DNA from: the human T2T-CHM13v2.0 reference genome, Homo sapiens
Strand: one strand, 5' to 3'
Assembly (NCBI RefSeq): GCF_009914755.1
Contig: NC_060932.1
DNA: 64,000 bases
The translations under genes were made by a program, and so were the position numbers. Every line of letters begins with the position of its first letter. The stretch's first letter is position 1. Positions 32,991 through 48,446 of the stretch are shown here, one piece after another. The notes beneath the pieces are model-generated. The model searched no databases. It worked only from the letters and a program-made list of their open reading frames with translations, and was not told the DNA's origin.

Positions 32991-34779
32991 TAAATCAACG
33001 GTCTCCAAACTGGGGTGCACGCAGCCCAGGGAGGGCATAGACTATGAAGAGTACAGAAAGAAAACATACATATATATATTTAAAATCATTATTTCTGATT
33101 TTTTTGTGTGTGTATGTTGTTTTTTAATGTACCTAACATACTAGGTATATTATAATAGGTGTATGTGTGTATATAAATACACACTATATATATCATACAT
33201 ATAATTCTGTGTGTATGTGTGACTGGGTCTTGCTATGCTGCCCAGGCTGGATTCAAACTCCTGGCCTCAAGTGATCCTCCAGCCTCAGCCTCCTGAGTAG
33301 CTGGGTATATTACATATGTAACAACTTTTATTTCACACTTACGTAGCACTATATAAATGTGTATATTATGTATGTAATAATTTTATTTCACACTTGTAAA
33401 GCACTGTGTGCCAGGTATATGCTTTACATATATTAATTCATTTCATCTGCATAATGACTCTGTGATATACTTTTATTATCTCCATTTTACAAGTGAAAAA
33501 ACCAAAGTTATCTTTGGATGTGCCAAGGTTGTTAGAGACAAAGCCAATGTTTGATTACAGTCATTCTGGCTTCTATCTATGCACTTTACTTAAGCTAAAT
33601 AAGTACATGGGAAGTGAGGAGGGCAAACATTTTTACTAATGTGAGTGACCAAAAATATTTGATAACTAATGCTCTAGGCTTGACCTTAGACAACCAGTCA
33701 GACATAGCAATTCCTACTTTCAAAATTTAAAAGGATTTTAGGCATTATTTAGTCCTGCCTTTTCCCCACTGATAGATATTGCTGTGCACGTAGAGGTGAA
33801 TGAGGTAGAGTGATGGTACGGACAAGCGTCCTGGTGACATCTGTACTCATCTAGAGACAACTCTAACACACGAAAGATTGTGTGTGTGTGATCATACAAT
33901 TTTCCCCATTTAAAAAAAGTTCATCTTTGCCAATTTTGTTCTAATTATTAATTTAAAAAAAGACTTGTTTGTTTCAGAGACAAACTCTATTGAAATAGGG
34001 GAGGATAGGAGGCAACAAGCCTGGAGGAGGAAGATCCCAGGTGGAAGAGCAGGGCGGAACCCAAGTCTGCTCTCATCCCTAGGTGCTCATCCACGTGCAG
34101 CTTGGCTGGTAGTGACTCTAATTCAACAGCAATCAAACACAGGTTAAAACAACTTACTGAAGTAATAGATGAATAAGAAATATAAAATTTACCAAAACCC
34201 AATTTCCTCCTACACACCACACACACTTTGTTTAAAATAAGTATGCTGTTCTCCCTACTTCGCCCCCATCCCTAGTCTACCCTAAGCAACTTCGTTACCT
34301 CTCTACGAACCCATCAGAGCGCTTAGCTATCAGATCAATTAGGGCACATTTAACCTTATATACTATGCAATAATTACAGTTTCTAGGTATGTGAAGTAGG
34401 CTGATGGGGTTTTGTGTCGTCAAAGTTTTGGGAAGACCAGAATTCTAAAGTATGCATTTAAAAGAAAGGGCTGGGTGGAGCACGTAGGGTATGTGTGTGT
34501 CGCCGCAGTTCCCTTGGTTTCAAGAGGAGGGATTTTAGGTAAAGCAAAGGGAAAGTGTGACGGAAAGGATTGCTGTGCTAAATGGGAGCAGCAAATGCCA
34601 GTACCGATGCCTTTGGGCATTTAGATCCAAAGCCTGCCTTTCTCGTTCTTCAGTTCCCCGGGGAGGCCTGTTGTGGGTGGGGAGGTGTCTTCCTTCTATT
34701 ATTCCAGTCTCCCTAAGAACTTCGTAGACAGTTGAGCAATACTTTCTAAGGGCTGGTCGGAGTCAGGAAAGTCAGGTAA

Positions 34780-35760
34780 GGCGCCTCACGTGCACCTCAA
34801 CGCGTCGCGGGAGCGCGTCCCGACCTCACACATGGACAAGCTCCGCCCGCGGCCGGCCTGAGTGGGTGTGGCCTCCGCCAAAGGCCCCGCCCCTAGAGCG
34901 CGTCGCGAGGGGCGCGAGGGGCGGGGCGAGGGAACTGGCAAGAAAGGGCGGGGAGCGAGGGGTGTGGGTGTGCTCGTGCCCGCGCGCTCGCGCCCGGAGT
35001 GTGGACGGGGGCGCGCCCGTGCGCGCGCAGGGGAGAGGCCAGCCCAGGCAGCCGTTGTCGGGTTCGACTGGAGGGGCGGGGGAGTCACCTGCGAGCGGCT
35101 GCGCTGGCGGCCAGCCCGCCCACCGCGTCTGGATCGCGCCGGCTGCGCGGGGCTGCGGACAGCACACACCCTGGAAGGCCCCGGCGGGGAACGGGCAGAG
35201 TCCGCGCCCTGCGTCCGCGACCAGGAGGATCGGACCTTCGCCTTCGCTGTCGCCGCCGCCGCCGCCCGCGGCCGTCGGGGTAGGTGAAGCCCGGGTGGGT
35301 GGTCCGCCGGCTCCTGACGGGCCGGGAGGGGAGACGCGAAACTTTCCGGGCGCTTCCTCCCGCGGTCCCGGAGCCGTCGCAGCGCCGGGAGGTGTCGTCG
35401 TCGCGGGCGGTGGCGGCCGACGCCATGTTGGGGTCTGTGAGAAACGGGGCGCTCCCGGCCGCTCCCCTCGCGCCGGGGCCGGCCCGCGGGCCAGTTGCCG
35501 CCGCCGTCCCGCCAGCCCGGGAGCGAGCCGCGCCCGCCCGTAGGACGCCGCCGCCGCCGCGGGGGGACGGGGGCCGCCGGGTAGGGTCCGGTCCACGGGT
35601 CTGCGGGGCGGGGGCCGGCGGACGCGGGAAGGAGCCCCGAGGCCGGGCGAGAAGTTGTGGGGCCTGAGGACGGGGGTCCTGGACACGGCCGGGGGCGTCT
35701 CAGGGTCGCGACAAATTTCTGGCCGAAAAGTTTGCAGGGTCTGCGTGTCGGGGACCTTAT
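34780..35760. promoter_or_regulatory. CpG island / TATA-less promoter of PLEKHF2
   Basis: Very high GC and CpG density against an AT-rich background. GC boxes (GGGGCGGGG ~34917, ~34946, ~35073; GCCCCGCCC ~34883), E-box CACGTG 34787-34792 and YY1-type CGCCATGTT ~35421. Confidence 0.93.
35050..35279 (+). other. PLEKHF2: PLEKHF2 non-coding exon 1 (5'UTR); start approximate
   Basis: ATG-free GC-rich stretch inside the CpG island, ending at donor CGGG|GTAGGT (GT at 35280-35281). It is the only CpG-island promoter upstream of the ORF. The TSS cannot be read from sequence. Confidence 0.75.
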
Positions 35761-36624
35761 GACCTGAACTACATATTTGTATGTCACTTGGGAGACGAAA
35801 ATGGCCCCGCAGAACTTGCTCTGATAGAAGCGATGGTTTATTTATTTGGAGCCTTTTCAAGTTTTATGATCCTTTGACGAATTTATTTTTCTTTTTAAAA
35901 ATGTGATTGAAGGCCGAGAGCGCGCTGCCGGTGTTGCTTGAATAGCCTTGTGTGCTCTCCGTACATTCCAGCAATAACTTGAGTGTGCGGTGGAAGTGGG
36001 TATGAAGGTTACAGACACCTAAGCCCTCCTCGGTAATTCATAGACTCACAAAACGCGTTGTTGATAAATGCCTTCTTTGTCGTGTTGTGTAGTACGTTGC
36101 TGAAGAGACTCATTAAAGAAAGATTTAGACAGAAACTTTGAGAGTCTTAAAGGCATGTGTTCTCTTAAGAATAAGAAGTGATCTTGACAGTTTGAAGTTT
36201 TTTTCCCCTCCCTTTAGTTTCTTAAGGGTGAATGCCTACCGCGTTTTGAGCATTTACTTTTTTTAAATACTCTGGCAGCTCGTGGGGTCTTCACGTTAAT
36301 TCAGTATTAACGAAGGCTTCATTATAATCTCTTTGGGTCCCGACCACACGGGGAATGAATGGTATTAAGCTATTTATTTGGAAAGCACACGTAATCGGCC
36401 TCTAAATAAAACTAGTATAGTGACTAAGCTTCAGAAGAAAATATTCAGCCTCAGTAAATGAATCTAAATGATTTTTAAATAAAGACATCTTGCTTTAAAA
36501 TTCTGTTAAATGAACTGAAAAGGCTCTTAAACACAAATACAGTAAGCCCTAAAACCCCAAATTCTTGGAGAATTTTACTTTTTAGATCTAAAAATACAGC
36601 TTCTGCTCATATTTGATTGTCAAT

Positions 36625-36866
36625 TTCTTTTTCCTTTTTTCTCTTTTTCCTTCCTTCCTTTTCCTTTTCCTAGACAGGGTCTCTGTCTGTCGCCCAGGCT
36701 GGAGTGCAGTGGTGTCATCTCCGCTCACTGCAGCCTCAAACTCCCGGGGCCCAGGTGATCCACCTCGGCCTCCTGAGTAGTTAGGACTACAGGAGCGCAT
36801 CACCACACCTGGCTAATTTTTGTTTGAATTTTGTGGAGAGAAGGTTTTGCCATGTTGCTCAGGCTG
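36625..36866 (-). mobile_element. Alu (J-type), partial
   Basis: Antisense right arm plus part of left arm. Confidence 0.85.
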
Positions 36867-37575
36867 TATTGCCAATTTCTGTTGTTCTTAAAAATTCTTT
36901 TAGTTTTGCTTCATTGTCAAGTAAATGGCATTATAACATTTTTTATTTAGAAATGAAATTAACTAATTTCACAAATGTAGCAGCCAAACTGGTATTTAAC
37001 TGAGATCTTATGACTCTGAAGCCTTTTCATTTTTCCTGTAGCATAACTTTGTAGGATACATAACTCAGTCTTCTGGAGCAATCTGTCCATCTCGTTTGCT
37101 CTTATCACTGCTCTGACTTGAATTTAGTTCTTCAGTATAAATACTTATTTCCCAGCGAGCTGATTTACAGGTGATCCTTGTGATGAAATTTTTTCCTTAA
37201 AAATACTTAAGCCTATACTCTTTGAAGCCTTTTCTGCTCTGTTCTCTCATTCCACTCCCTTGCCCTCTCCAGAAATCAATTAATTTCTCCCATGGTATTA
37301 CTGTAAATATCGCATAGATTCTGTCATGACATCTCCTTGACAGCAGGCAACACATCGGGTCTGATTTGCCTCTTCATTCCCTGCATGCCAAGAACATAGC
37401 AGATGCTCAGGAAAGGTTTGAATGGATGAGTACACGTATGTTTGTTCCTTGTAAATATGCTTCATGAATTTCTTTTGAAATTGTAAATTCCATGAGCATC
37501 ATAGTTAAATCTTCTTTGTAGTCTTTTTCCCAATACATGCCATCAACTCCATTAAATCCACAGATTGGTTTTTAT

Positions 37576-37577
<2 letters not shown>

Positions 37578-37619
<42 letters not shown>
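37578..37619. repeat. (AC)~20 microsatellite
   Basis: Seen directly. Confidence 0.97.
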
Positions 37620-37622
<3 letters not shown>

Positions 37623-40467
37623 TTTGTTGTTGTTTTGTTGAGAATTTAACTTAGTACCTGAGTGAATTTTCGCCTGGGGGTACAGAACTTGAATATTTAT
37701 GAAATTTCTAAGTAGATAATGGATTAAAGTATAATTACTGATGTATGAGAGAGAAGCCATGGATCATCAAAAGGATTATAATCATAATTTTAAGTGTGAT
37801 TGAATGTATTTGAACTTGATGGAAATATTGTTAATGCTTGAAAAATTTAAAGGTCATATTTATACATTTAAGCTCTTGGAACAAATCTCATTATAGCTCT
37901 ATCAATTATTGTTTTGCCGGAATTGTCTTAGAATTTTTAGAATGCCCTGCTTAATAGAAAGTATATGAAAAATTTTTTTGTTGTTGTTTATCTTTGATGA
38001 ACCAGCTTTGTACATGAGCTGCCTGCTTAATATTTAAAAGCAATGTATGTGTTGACTTAACTGAATAAAAAATACTTCATGGATACACTTTCACAGTGCT
38101 GTTTTAAGTTGGAAAACCTCTCTAGGTTAAGGTGTTTTGTAATTCTATAATGCCTATAGAATTCGGGGTTTATTTCCTGCCCCCACCCAAGATAACTTTC
38201 TCCCCTGTCAAACTGTAAACCACAAACTAATGTGCTCAATTTAGGGAGGTCCTGAGAAGAGAATAAAAGGCATTCAAATAGTTGCTGTGAATGCACTGGA
38301 AAGAAAGCAAGTTGCATGTAGGATGGACTGGAACAAATAAACCTTGTCCTGACTCAGCTCCTTGCTGGCTTGTGACTCTTGAACAAGCCGCTTCACTTCT
38401 GTAAGCTTCACTGGACTCATTTGTGAAATGGGCACAGAAATATTTGCCTCAGTGTTAGCGTGAGGGTCACCCAAGATTCGATGTTTGTGGAAGGGCCTGG
38501 AATACGATAGTAGCTATTATTTTAACAAATGAACAGAGTGGCAGTGAATTATATAGAATCATAGAATTTAAAAATTTTTAAAGGGAAGCAGCCTGTAGGA
38601 ATACCTAGTTCAGTTTTCAGCCTTGGCTGCACATTAAAATCTCCTGAAGAGCTACTTAAAAAGAATATTGCCTGGATCCCACCCCAGGACAAATAAATCA
38701 GAATTACTGGGTTTGGGGACAGAACAAAGGTAATTTTGCCTCTTTGTTAAAACATCCCCGATTTTAGTGTTCAGTCAGGTGGAGAACCTTTGATTTAACT
38801 CAATTTCCCATCTCCTTTCTTATGCTTTTCATTTTGTAGTTGAGTAAAATGCAGAGGGGTTAGCTGCCAGCCAGATTCCTATCAGTCAGGCTAGAAAGGA
38901 TGTATTAAATATTTGCAGCTGAGGAAAGTGAAGTGCATAGAGGTTAAGTAAGGGTTACATTCATTTCTGGCCAGAATGGCCACATTTGGAACTACACTTC
39001 ACTAACTCCGGTGACCCCCACTGCTACTCTACAACAGCAGCCTGCATGTTGTGACCATGTTACTTGTCATCATTCAGAACCACTCTACCTCAGGTCTTAA
39101 ACCCTGTGGCCAGATGGCGATGCAAGGGTCTGTTTTCTCTTTCTCTTTTCTGTCATAACTGGTTAAGCAGCTTTTTGTCCTTATTGTCACCTCCAGTCCC
39201 TCCTAGGCCATTAGTTGTCTTCCCTCTTTTCAACCTTGAACTCTGTAGTTCATGTTCTAACCATGAACTCACTAGACCACATAGTCCCTCCTCTCCTTGA
39301 CCTTTGCTGGGTGTAACTGGTCAGTTTTCTACCTTTGTCCCTGCCCTACACTCTCCCCCAAAGTCACGCTTTTGGTGATCATTACATACTTGTTTTCTAC
39401 CTGCTTTATACTAGTTACTTTCTAATCCTTTTCTTATCCCCAAGTTGACTTATTTTCTCTGTTGCTTTTTCACTCCAGTCAGGTTGCTAACCCCAGTCTC
39501 GAAACATGTTGAGCAGATGACCTTACTTCCTTCTAAAATGATTAAGATTTTATGATGTGAATTTTCTATTTTCTTCTTTGCACCAACTTCTTCATCTTCC
39601 CCCCCCCCCCCGCCCCTTTTTCAGAAGTGGAACTATTTTTAATTCTTTGTACTTGTTTCATTTAAACAACAGTTGGGGAAAAAGAAAGATTTTTGTGTTC
39701 TTTGCTCACATTTTTATTACTTGTACATATAACTGTATTTTACTTTTTATACTTATATTTTTCTACACATTCTTCTTTGTATTTTCTTCCCAAACTAAAA
39801 GGCTTTGTCTATGAGAGAATGTGTTCATTATAAGATAATTAGGCGTATCAAAATATTATTAGTCTAGTGCTTAGAGATAACCACTACTGACTTTTTGGTG
39901 CATATCAGCCACTTTTAAATAACAAGTAGGCTTATACTATATGTGCTATTTAGAAACTTTTATTTAATAAAATGCTTTAACAATATTTCACATTAAATAT
40001 TGTGTTTTCTAAAAAACTGCCTAAAAATTAATGGATGTGCCATAATTTATTTAGTCTCCTATTGTTAAATATTTAGGTTGTTTCCAGCTTTTCTATATTA
40101 TAGACAAAGCTACAGTGAACTTCATGTGAACAACTTTGTACACTTTTAATTTTTGTATGTATTATTGGAAATAGAATTGTTGTATAAACTTTCTAAAGCA
40201 TTTCTATTGCCAAAATGGCATTTAGAAAAGTTGTTCCAGTGTATATACAGTATTGTCAAGAATATAAGGGTCCATTTTTACCACATCTTAGGTGAGTAAT
40301 ATATGAATATCATTTTAATTTTTATTTGATTGGGACTGAGTGTCATTTTTTAAATTTACTGGTCATTTTCATTTTTTTAAAATTGACATTTGTTTCTTAT
40401 TTTTCTGTTGGGATATTTTCCTCTTTTCTTGTGGATTTACAGGAGCCCTTTGCATATTACAAATGTT

Positions 40468-40766
<299 letters not shown>

Positions 40767-42492
40767 AAATGTTGACCCTTTGCCATATTACTTTAATGTT
40801 CTTCCCCCAATTATGAAGTTTTAAAAGTTTAGGTAGTAAATTTTTTCTTTTATGATGGCTTTTTGTGATACATTTAACTATTCCTCAGCTAGAAATTTAG
40901 GTTTTATTTTTCACTATTAGAGTTAATGCCAGAGGGAAAACTTTTTATGTGCCACACCCCCTCCACCCCCTTTCTCCAGTTTATTTCTCCAGGTTAAATT
41001 TTTGTGGGTAAAAATTTCAGATATTTTATTGTTACACATTGCCATTAGTCCTTGATTTTTTTTTTTTTTTCCCATGTGTCCCACTGCTGATTGTGACCTT
41101 TTGGCAGGTTATTTAGTCTCTGAGAGTTGTGAAACATATGAGAGCAGGTTGAAAAGGTGCTTTGTGCTCCTTTGTGTCCCGTTCTTTTTTCCCTTAAATT
41201 TTCCTCCTGCTTTCTAAACTAGGGGTTCCCCAAAGTTTAGTCCTCTGCTCTCGTTTTTCTTCCAGCATCAGCCAGCATCTCTAGGTGGGTGACTACCAAA
41301 TCTCTCTGTCCTGGAGCTCCCTGCCCATCCTGGCATCTCTGTCCCGCAGATGTGTTTGTCTTGTGGATGCCCTGGAGGACTTCAAGATAAACATGTCCCA
41401 AACTGATTTCTTCTCTCTCCTAAAACAAAGCTAGCATCTGCCCAGTGGCTTACCCTTAAGCCTTTGAAGTCATCTTACAGTCCTTTTTCATCCATGTGTT
41501 CAGTTATTTCCTAAATCCTATCTGCTATGCCTCAGTTATCTGCCAATTATTGTGGTTCAGGCTTTTCTTACCTTTCATTTAGAGATTGTTGTAATCCTCA
41601 TATGACTGGTTTCTTTGTCTTCAGTCTTGCTTCTTCATATTCTCTTCAGTCCATCCCGTGTACTGCTTCTGTGTCTGATTAATATTTTCCTATTTAAAAA
41701 CCTTTGTCTTCCCATGGCCTGTGTAATAAAGTGTAAACTCTTCTATCTGATGGTTGCTTTCTTTTGCAGTTTGTCTCATCCCTATCTTACCAGACTTCTT
41801 ATCACTATGCCTTCTCCTGACCTTGCCTCCTCTGGCCTAGGCTCCATTATTTCCTCTCTGGGGGAATAGTCTTGTGTACCATCATCCATCCCCAAACCCC
41901 AGATAGTTTGAGCTACTACTTTTGCTTTAAGGCCCAGCTTGAATTTCTGGTCCTTACAAGACCTGTTCCTAGATGTTCTACCTGGTCAAAATTACATCCC
42001 ACCTCAACTCCTTGGCCCTGGGACCTTTACCACTGTTTTTTTTGTTTTGTTTTGGTTTGTTTTAAGTTAAAAAGTTTTTGGCTTGTTTTTCCTCTGCTGT
42101 TTTAGACTTTGCACAGATTTAAGTTAATTGTATACCTCAGTTTATAGCACATTATAGGGATACCAAACCTCTTCCTTGTTTTGTTTTTTTCCTTCTTTGT
42201 CAGTTACTCCCATGATAATCTTTCCTATAGAAACACAACTGAATTATATATACTTGTCTATATAAATATGAGAATATAGCTGTCTTTCTCTTCCTCAGAG
42301 GTTTTCAGTTTTGAGTATCTTCTGTCCTTTAATACTGCTTTGCACAGAGCAAGTGATAATAAATGTTTGACTACTTGAAATTCATTAAAAATTAATGGTT
42401 TTATTTGCTTTTGAATTAATCACTTAGACTAAAACCCTGGAGATTAATTTTAGCTTTACTCTTCTATATCCAGTCTGCAATTCTGAATCTGA

Positions 42493-43087
<595 letters not shown>

Positions 43088-43496
43088 GTGTGACTTTTTA
43101 TGTGCGTTTTTACTTGCAAAGCTTTGTGCCTTTATTTAGCCATTTTTTTGCCTTCTTAAATTCCGCTCATTCTTCACAACCTGTTTTCAGTGTTCAAATG
43201 CTGTATTCTCTGTGCCATGCCCTCACTCTTTGCTTTTTTTGCTTCCTTACTACTTTGCTAATGTTTTTAGTATAGTACTTATCTCCTTGTGTTTTGTATT
43301 AACCTTGTGGCGTATATCTTATTTCCTAGTGTCTGCTTTGTTCTTTTTTTCCACCAAACATAAACCTTGAATGTAGTGAGCAGGTTGTAACTGTTTTGAA
43401 TGATACTAAAGAAAATTGGTCAGGGATGTCACAGGATAACTAATTCCTCAGTAGTGTTTTAGTTGAGCTTTACCAGGTTTATTTTTCAGATATTAT

Positions 43497-43891
<395 letters not shown>

Positions 43892-44236
43892 TGAATCTGA
43901 GTTTTGTGATGATGAAAATATGCACGTAATCATCATTTTTTATTTACTAACTAAACAGCTGTGCTTTTTGGAGAAAGAAATCATTTATATATATTACCAT
44001 GAGATTGAAATTTTTTAAAAAACAGGATCTGCCTTGCTCAATACTTAGAATTTTTAATTACATACTGTACTTAAATGGGCCACAACATTTGCTTGTAAAT
44101 TTAAAATCTGTGGGTCCAGTGAAGCAGTTGATGGGTAGGGTGTGGTTCCTGTTTTCTGTGAAAATTAATATAGATGTTAAAAATGAAGTCTTTGATTTTC
44201 ATCAAACTCAAGATTGGGAGCTGCTGCCACTTCTAA

Positions 44237-44645
<409 letters not shown>

Positions 44646-45156
44646 TGGAAATAATCTTTTTTTAAGGAACCTCCACATCTGTTGGGAATGAGCAAGTACA
44701 CACATTTTTATGAAACAAATAGACTATAAGTGCTATAAAGTGGTGCAAATAAAATGGTGTGAGGATTCACCTGGCCACAGGATATACCCAGCCACAATAT
44801 TTGGCTGTGAGGCTATCGAACTGAGTGTGTCTTGAAGAATTGGTGAGATTTCAGTAAATAGAGAAGAACAAAGGAGGGAGGACATGCCGAGCTTAGAGGT
44901 AGGGAAAGAAGCCCAGAGCATATTCTGGTAATAGCTAGTAGTCTGGTTTGACTATAACAGAGAATGTAGAGAAAGAGGTAAAACTGGAAAGATAGATTGC
45001 AGCAGGTTAGGACTTGACTGTGAAGGGCTTTGAATACCAAGTTAAGGATTTTAGATTTGATTCTGTTGGCCAAGGAATCTGGTTTCTGAGTAGACTTACC
45101 TGATTATAGCTATAGTTAAAGAATATTAATCTTGCCTTGTGTAGGATGATTTGAAT

Positions 45157-45398
45157 CAAACTTGTCCAGTCTGCAGCCCACGGGGTGCATGTAGCCCAGG
45201 ACAGCTTGGAATGTGGCCCAATACAAATTTGTAAACTTTTTTTAAAACATTATGAGATTTTTTGTGTGTGTGATTTTTTTTTTCTTTTTCTTTTTTTCTT
45301 TAGCTCATTAGCTATCATTAATGTTAGTGTATTTTATGTGTGGCCTGAGACAGTTCTTCCAATGTGACCCAGGGAAGCCAAAAGATGGGACACCCCTG
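45157..45398 (+). mobile_element. MER30 (hAT-Charlie)
   Basis: GCCCAGGACAGCTTGGAATGTGGCCCAA...CCCAGGGAAGCCAAAAGATGGGACACCCCTG. Confidence 0.8.
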
Positions 45399-45716
45399 AT
45401 TTAAATAATAAAAATTTAGAGGGCTTGTTTAGAACTTGAAGTCTATATTTGTTCCCTCTCTCCTACCTCTCTAAAGATGTTTTTAAACCTCCAGTGTGAC
45501 TGTTCTGATTTTCCAAACTCATTTTCTAAAATATTCAACTATGACTTAGTTGTTTTTATGTACTATTTCTCTATCAAATCTAACCTATTTGAAACTGCCT
45601 TTACTAGTACCCTAAATTAGTCATAGCTTTGCCTTTTACTTCCTTTTAGTATTTGAAGAATCATTTTGAGTATATCTTATGGTTATTACCATAGATATGT
45701 AATTTTTTTCCTCTTA

Positions 45717-46151
<435 letters not shown>

Positions 46152-46650
46152 ACTGTGAGGCCGTTTGATAATTGCTTAGTTAGTTCATGACTCAGTTTTT
46201 TTGTAAAATTAAAGTAATGATCACTTAACAAAATCGAGATTATTAAATGAAAGAGTATAATGTGAATGTGCTATTATGCACATGTGTGGGTGCTGGGTAA
46301 ATGTTAACTTCCTTTTTTTCTTTCTTGGCTGAGACTGTAGAATAAGTCTACTTTTCAGTAATAGGCATATTTGGTGCCTATGAGAGATTTAAAGGAAAAA
46401 AAAACTGACCTCTCTCTAAATGTGAATCAGAATTTTGAAGTTTCCATGTTTCTCAATCCAGTTTTAATACATTTAAAATTAACATATGAAAGTTTTGTCT
46501 TACCAAAGAAGTGAACCTCTTCCTTTTATCACTAATAATTTCTACAACACATACTGTGTAATCGGTTGGCCACAGTGGCAGAAATGCTGGTGGGAAGGGA
46601 CAGAAAAAATCTTGACCTCTCTTTTAGATGGAATAAGTAGAGTTTTATAA

Positions 46651-46970
<320 letters not shown>

Positions 46971-48446
46971 AAGTATTTCTTTTTTGCTTTATCATCCTAA
47001 TGATTTATTGAGACTCTTACCAAGAATTCCCTGATTATTATTCTGGTTACTAGACTGTAGAACTTTTGAAAGTAAGAACTGTCTTGTCCCTTGCAGATGG
47101 TAGGTACTCAGAATATTTGTTCATTTGACTTAGATGTGTTAAGAGAGGAATAGTTTGCTTTACTGTTATACATTTGCTCAGGAGGATGTACCTCTGGTAG
47201 TTTATTGCTGTTTGTTTTTACCTCCATTCTCCAGTTGCTTGTTAGTTTCTCCCTTTCCTTTTACATTTTCGGTAAAGTTTCAATCCAGCAGTGACACGGA
47301 TTTTAAAATCTTGATTGAGATTAAGAGTCATAAATTTGATTAAAAATTAACTTGTAGACAAGTAAGTCTACAGTAAACCAGAAAATATGGCCCATTTACT
47401 ATCAAAGACTCACTATTTTAAGGACTGAAAGGGCTTTAAAAATTATTTATGTTTTCTTCTTTAAAAAAAAAGGTAAGTAATTTGTATGAAATCACTTATT
47501 TAGTGTCTGAACCAAGATTAGAATCCAGGTCCTTTAGTTCATAGTTCATTGGTTTTTCACTATAATGCACAGTTGAATACTGAAGCTCACTGGTAACAGA
47601 TATCATGGGTATATGTAAGAAATAAAATTAGATTTGTTTTCATTTTAAACTCACCTGTAAGGATGAGATAAGAAGTATTGATTTCCAGCAGGGAGAACTA
47701 AGACATAGTAGTCTATGACATTTGGTCTCTCTTCTCAATTGTAAGTAGGATTCTGTGTCTTTTTTTTTTTTTTTAAGAATTTTTTATCTTCTAGTATTAC
47801 ATTTTTAACAGGTGGTAGACACCCCACTGAAGAACATGTTACTTTAAAAGCAAGATGTTACCTAAAGACTAGGATGGAGCTTAGACAATGTAAATGCAGT
47901 TCTTGTCTGTAGTGTGAAGAAGATGACTTGAAACCTTTCATTATTTTTAAAAATTGGTATATAAAAGCTGGCTTTATAAAAGATATGCTTCTGCTCTAAT
48001 TTTTACGTTTTAACTGTGAATTAACACTGCCAGGCACTGCTGGAAAAGAAGACAACGTAAAAAAAAAAAGTCAAATGGAAAACTGTTGAAATTAATGGAA
48101 TTCTATGAAGTACCTGAATGTGAAAAGAAACAAGTATCAATAGTTTTCCTATTAACAGTTTCAACTAATTAGAAAACATACTGTAAAAAAGAGCTTAGAT
48201 TCAAAGTGGCAACAAAAAGTATACAAAATCTGGGAGCCTATTTAAAAAGTGTAACTATCTTACAGAAGAAACATACAAAATTACTATGCCATAAAAGATT
48301 TGAAGCCTTGGGAGGAGATAACTATCACCCTTAAATGCTCAAAACTGTGAAGATGTTAATTCTAAAGTAATTTATGGATATAATGTAAGTTTCATCAACA
48401 TTTCAGTGGGATTTTATTCTTTTATTTATTTATTGTAATTAAAAAA

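Noticed and set aside
34786-35860. Long ORFs of 333, 344 and 225 aa on both strands
   Set aside because: They lie in the CpG island, where stop codons are scarce. The products are R/P/G/A low-complexity with no domain, and most start at non-ATG codons.
39598-39617. Poly-C run
   Set aside because: Isolated homopolymer with no supporting context.
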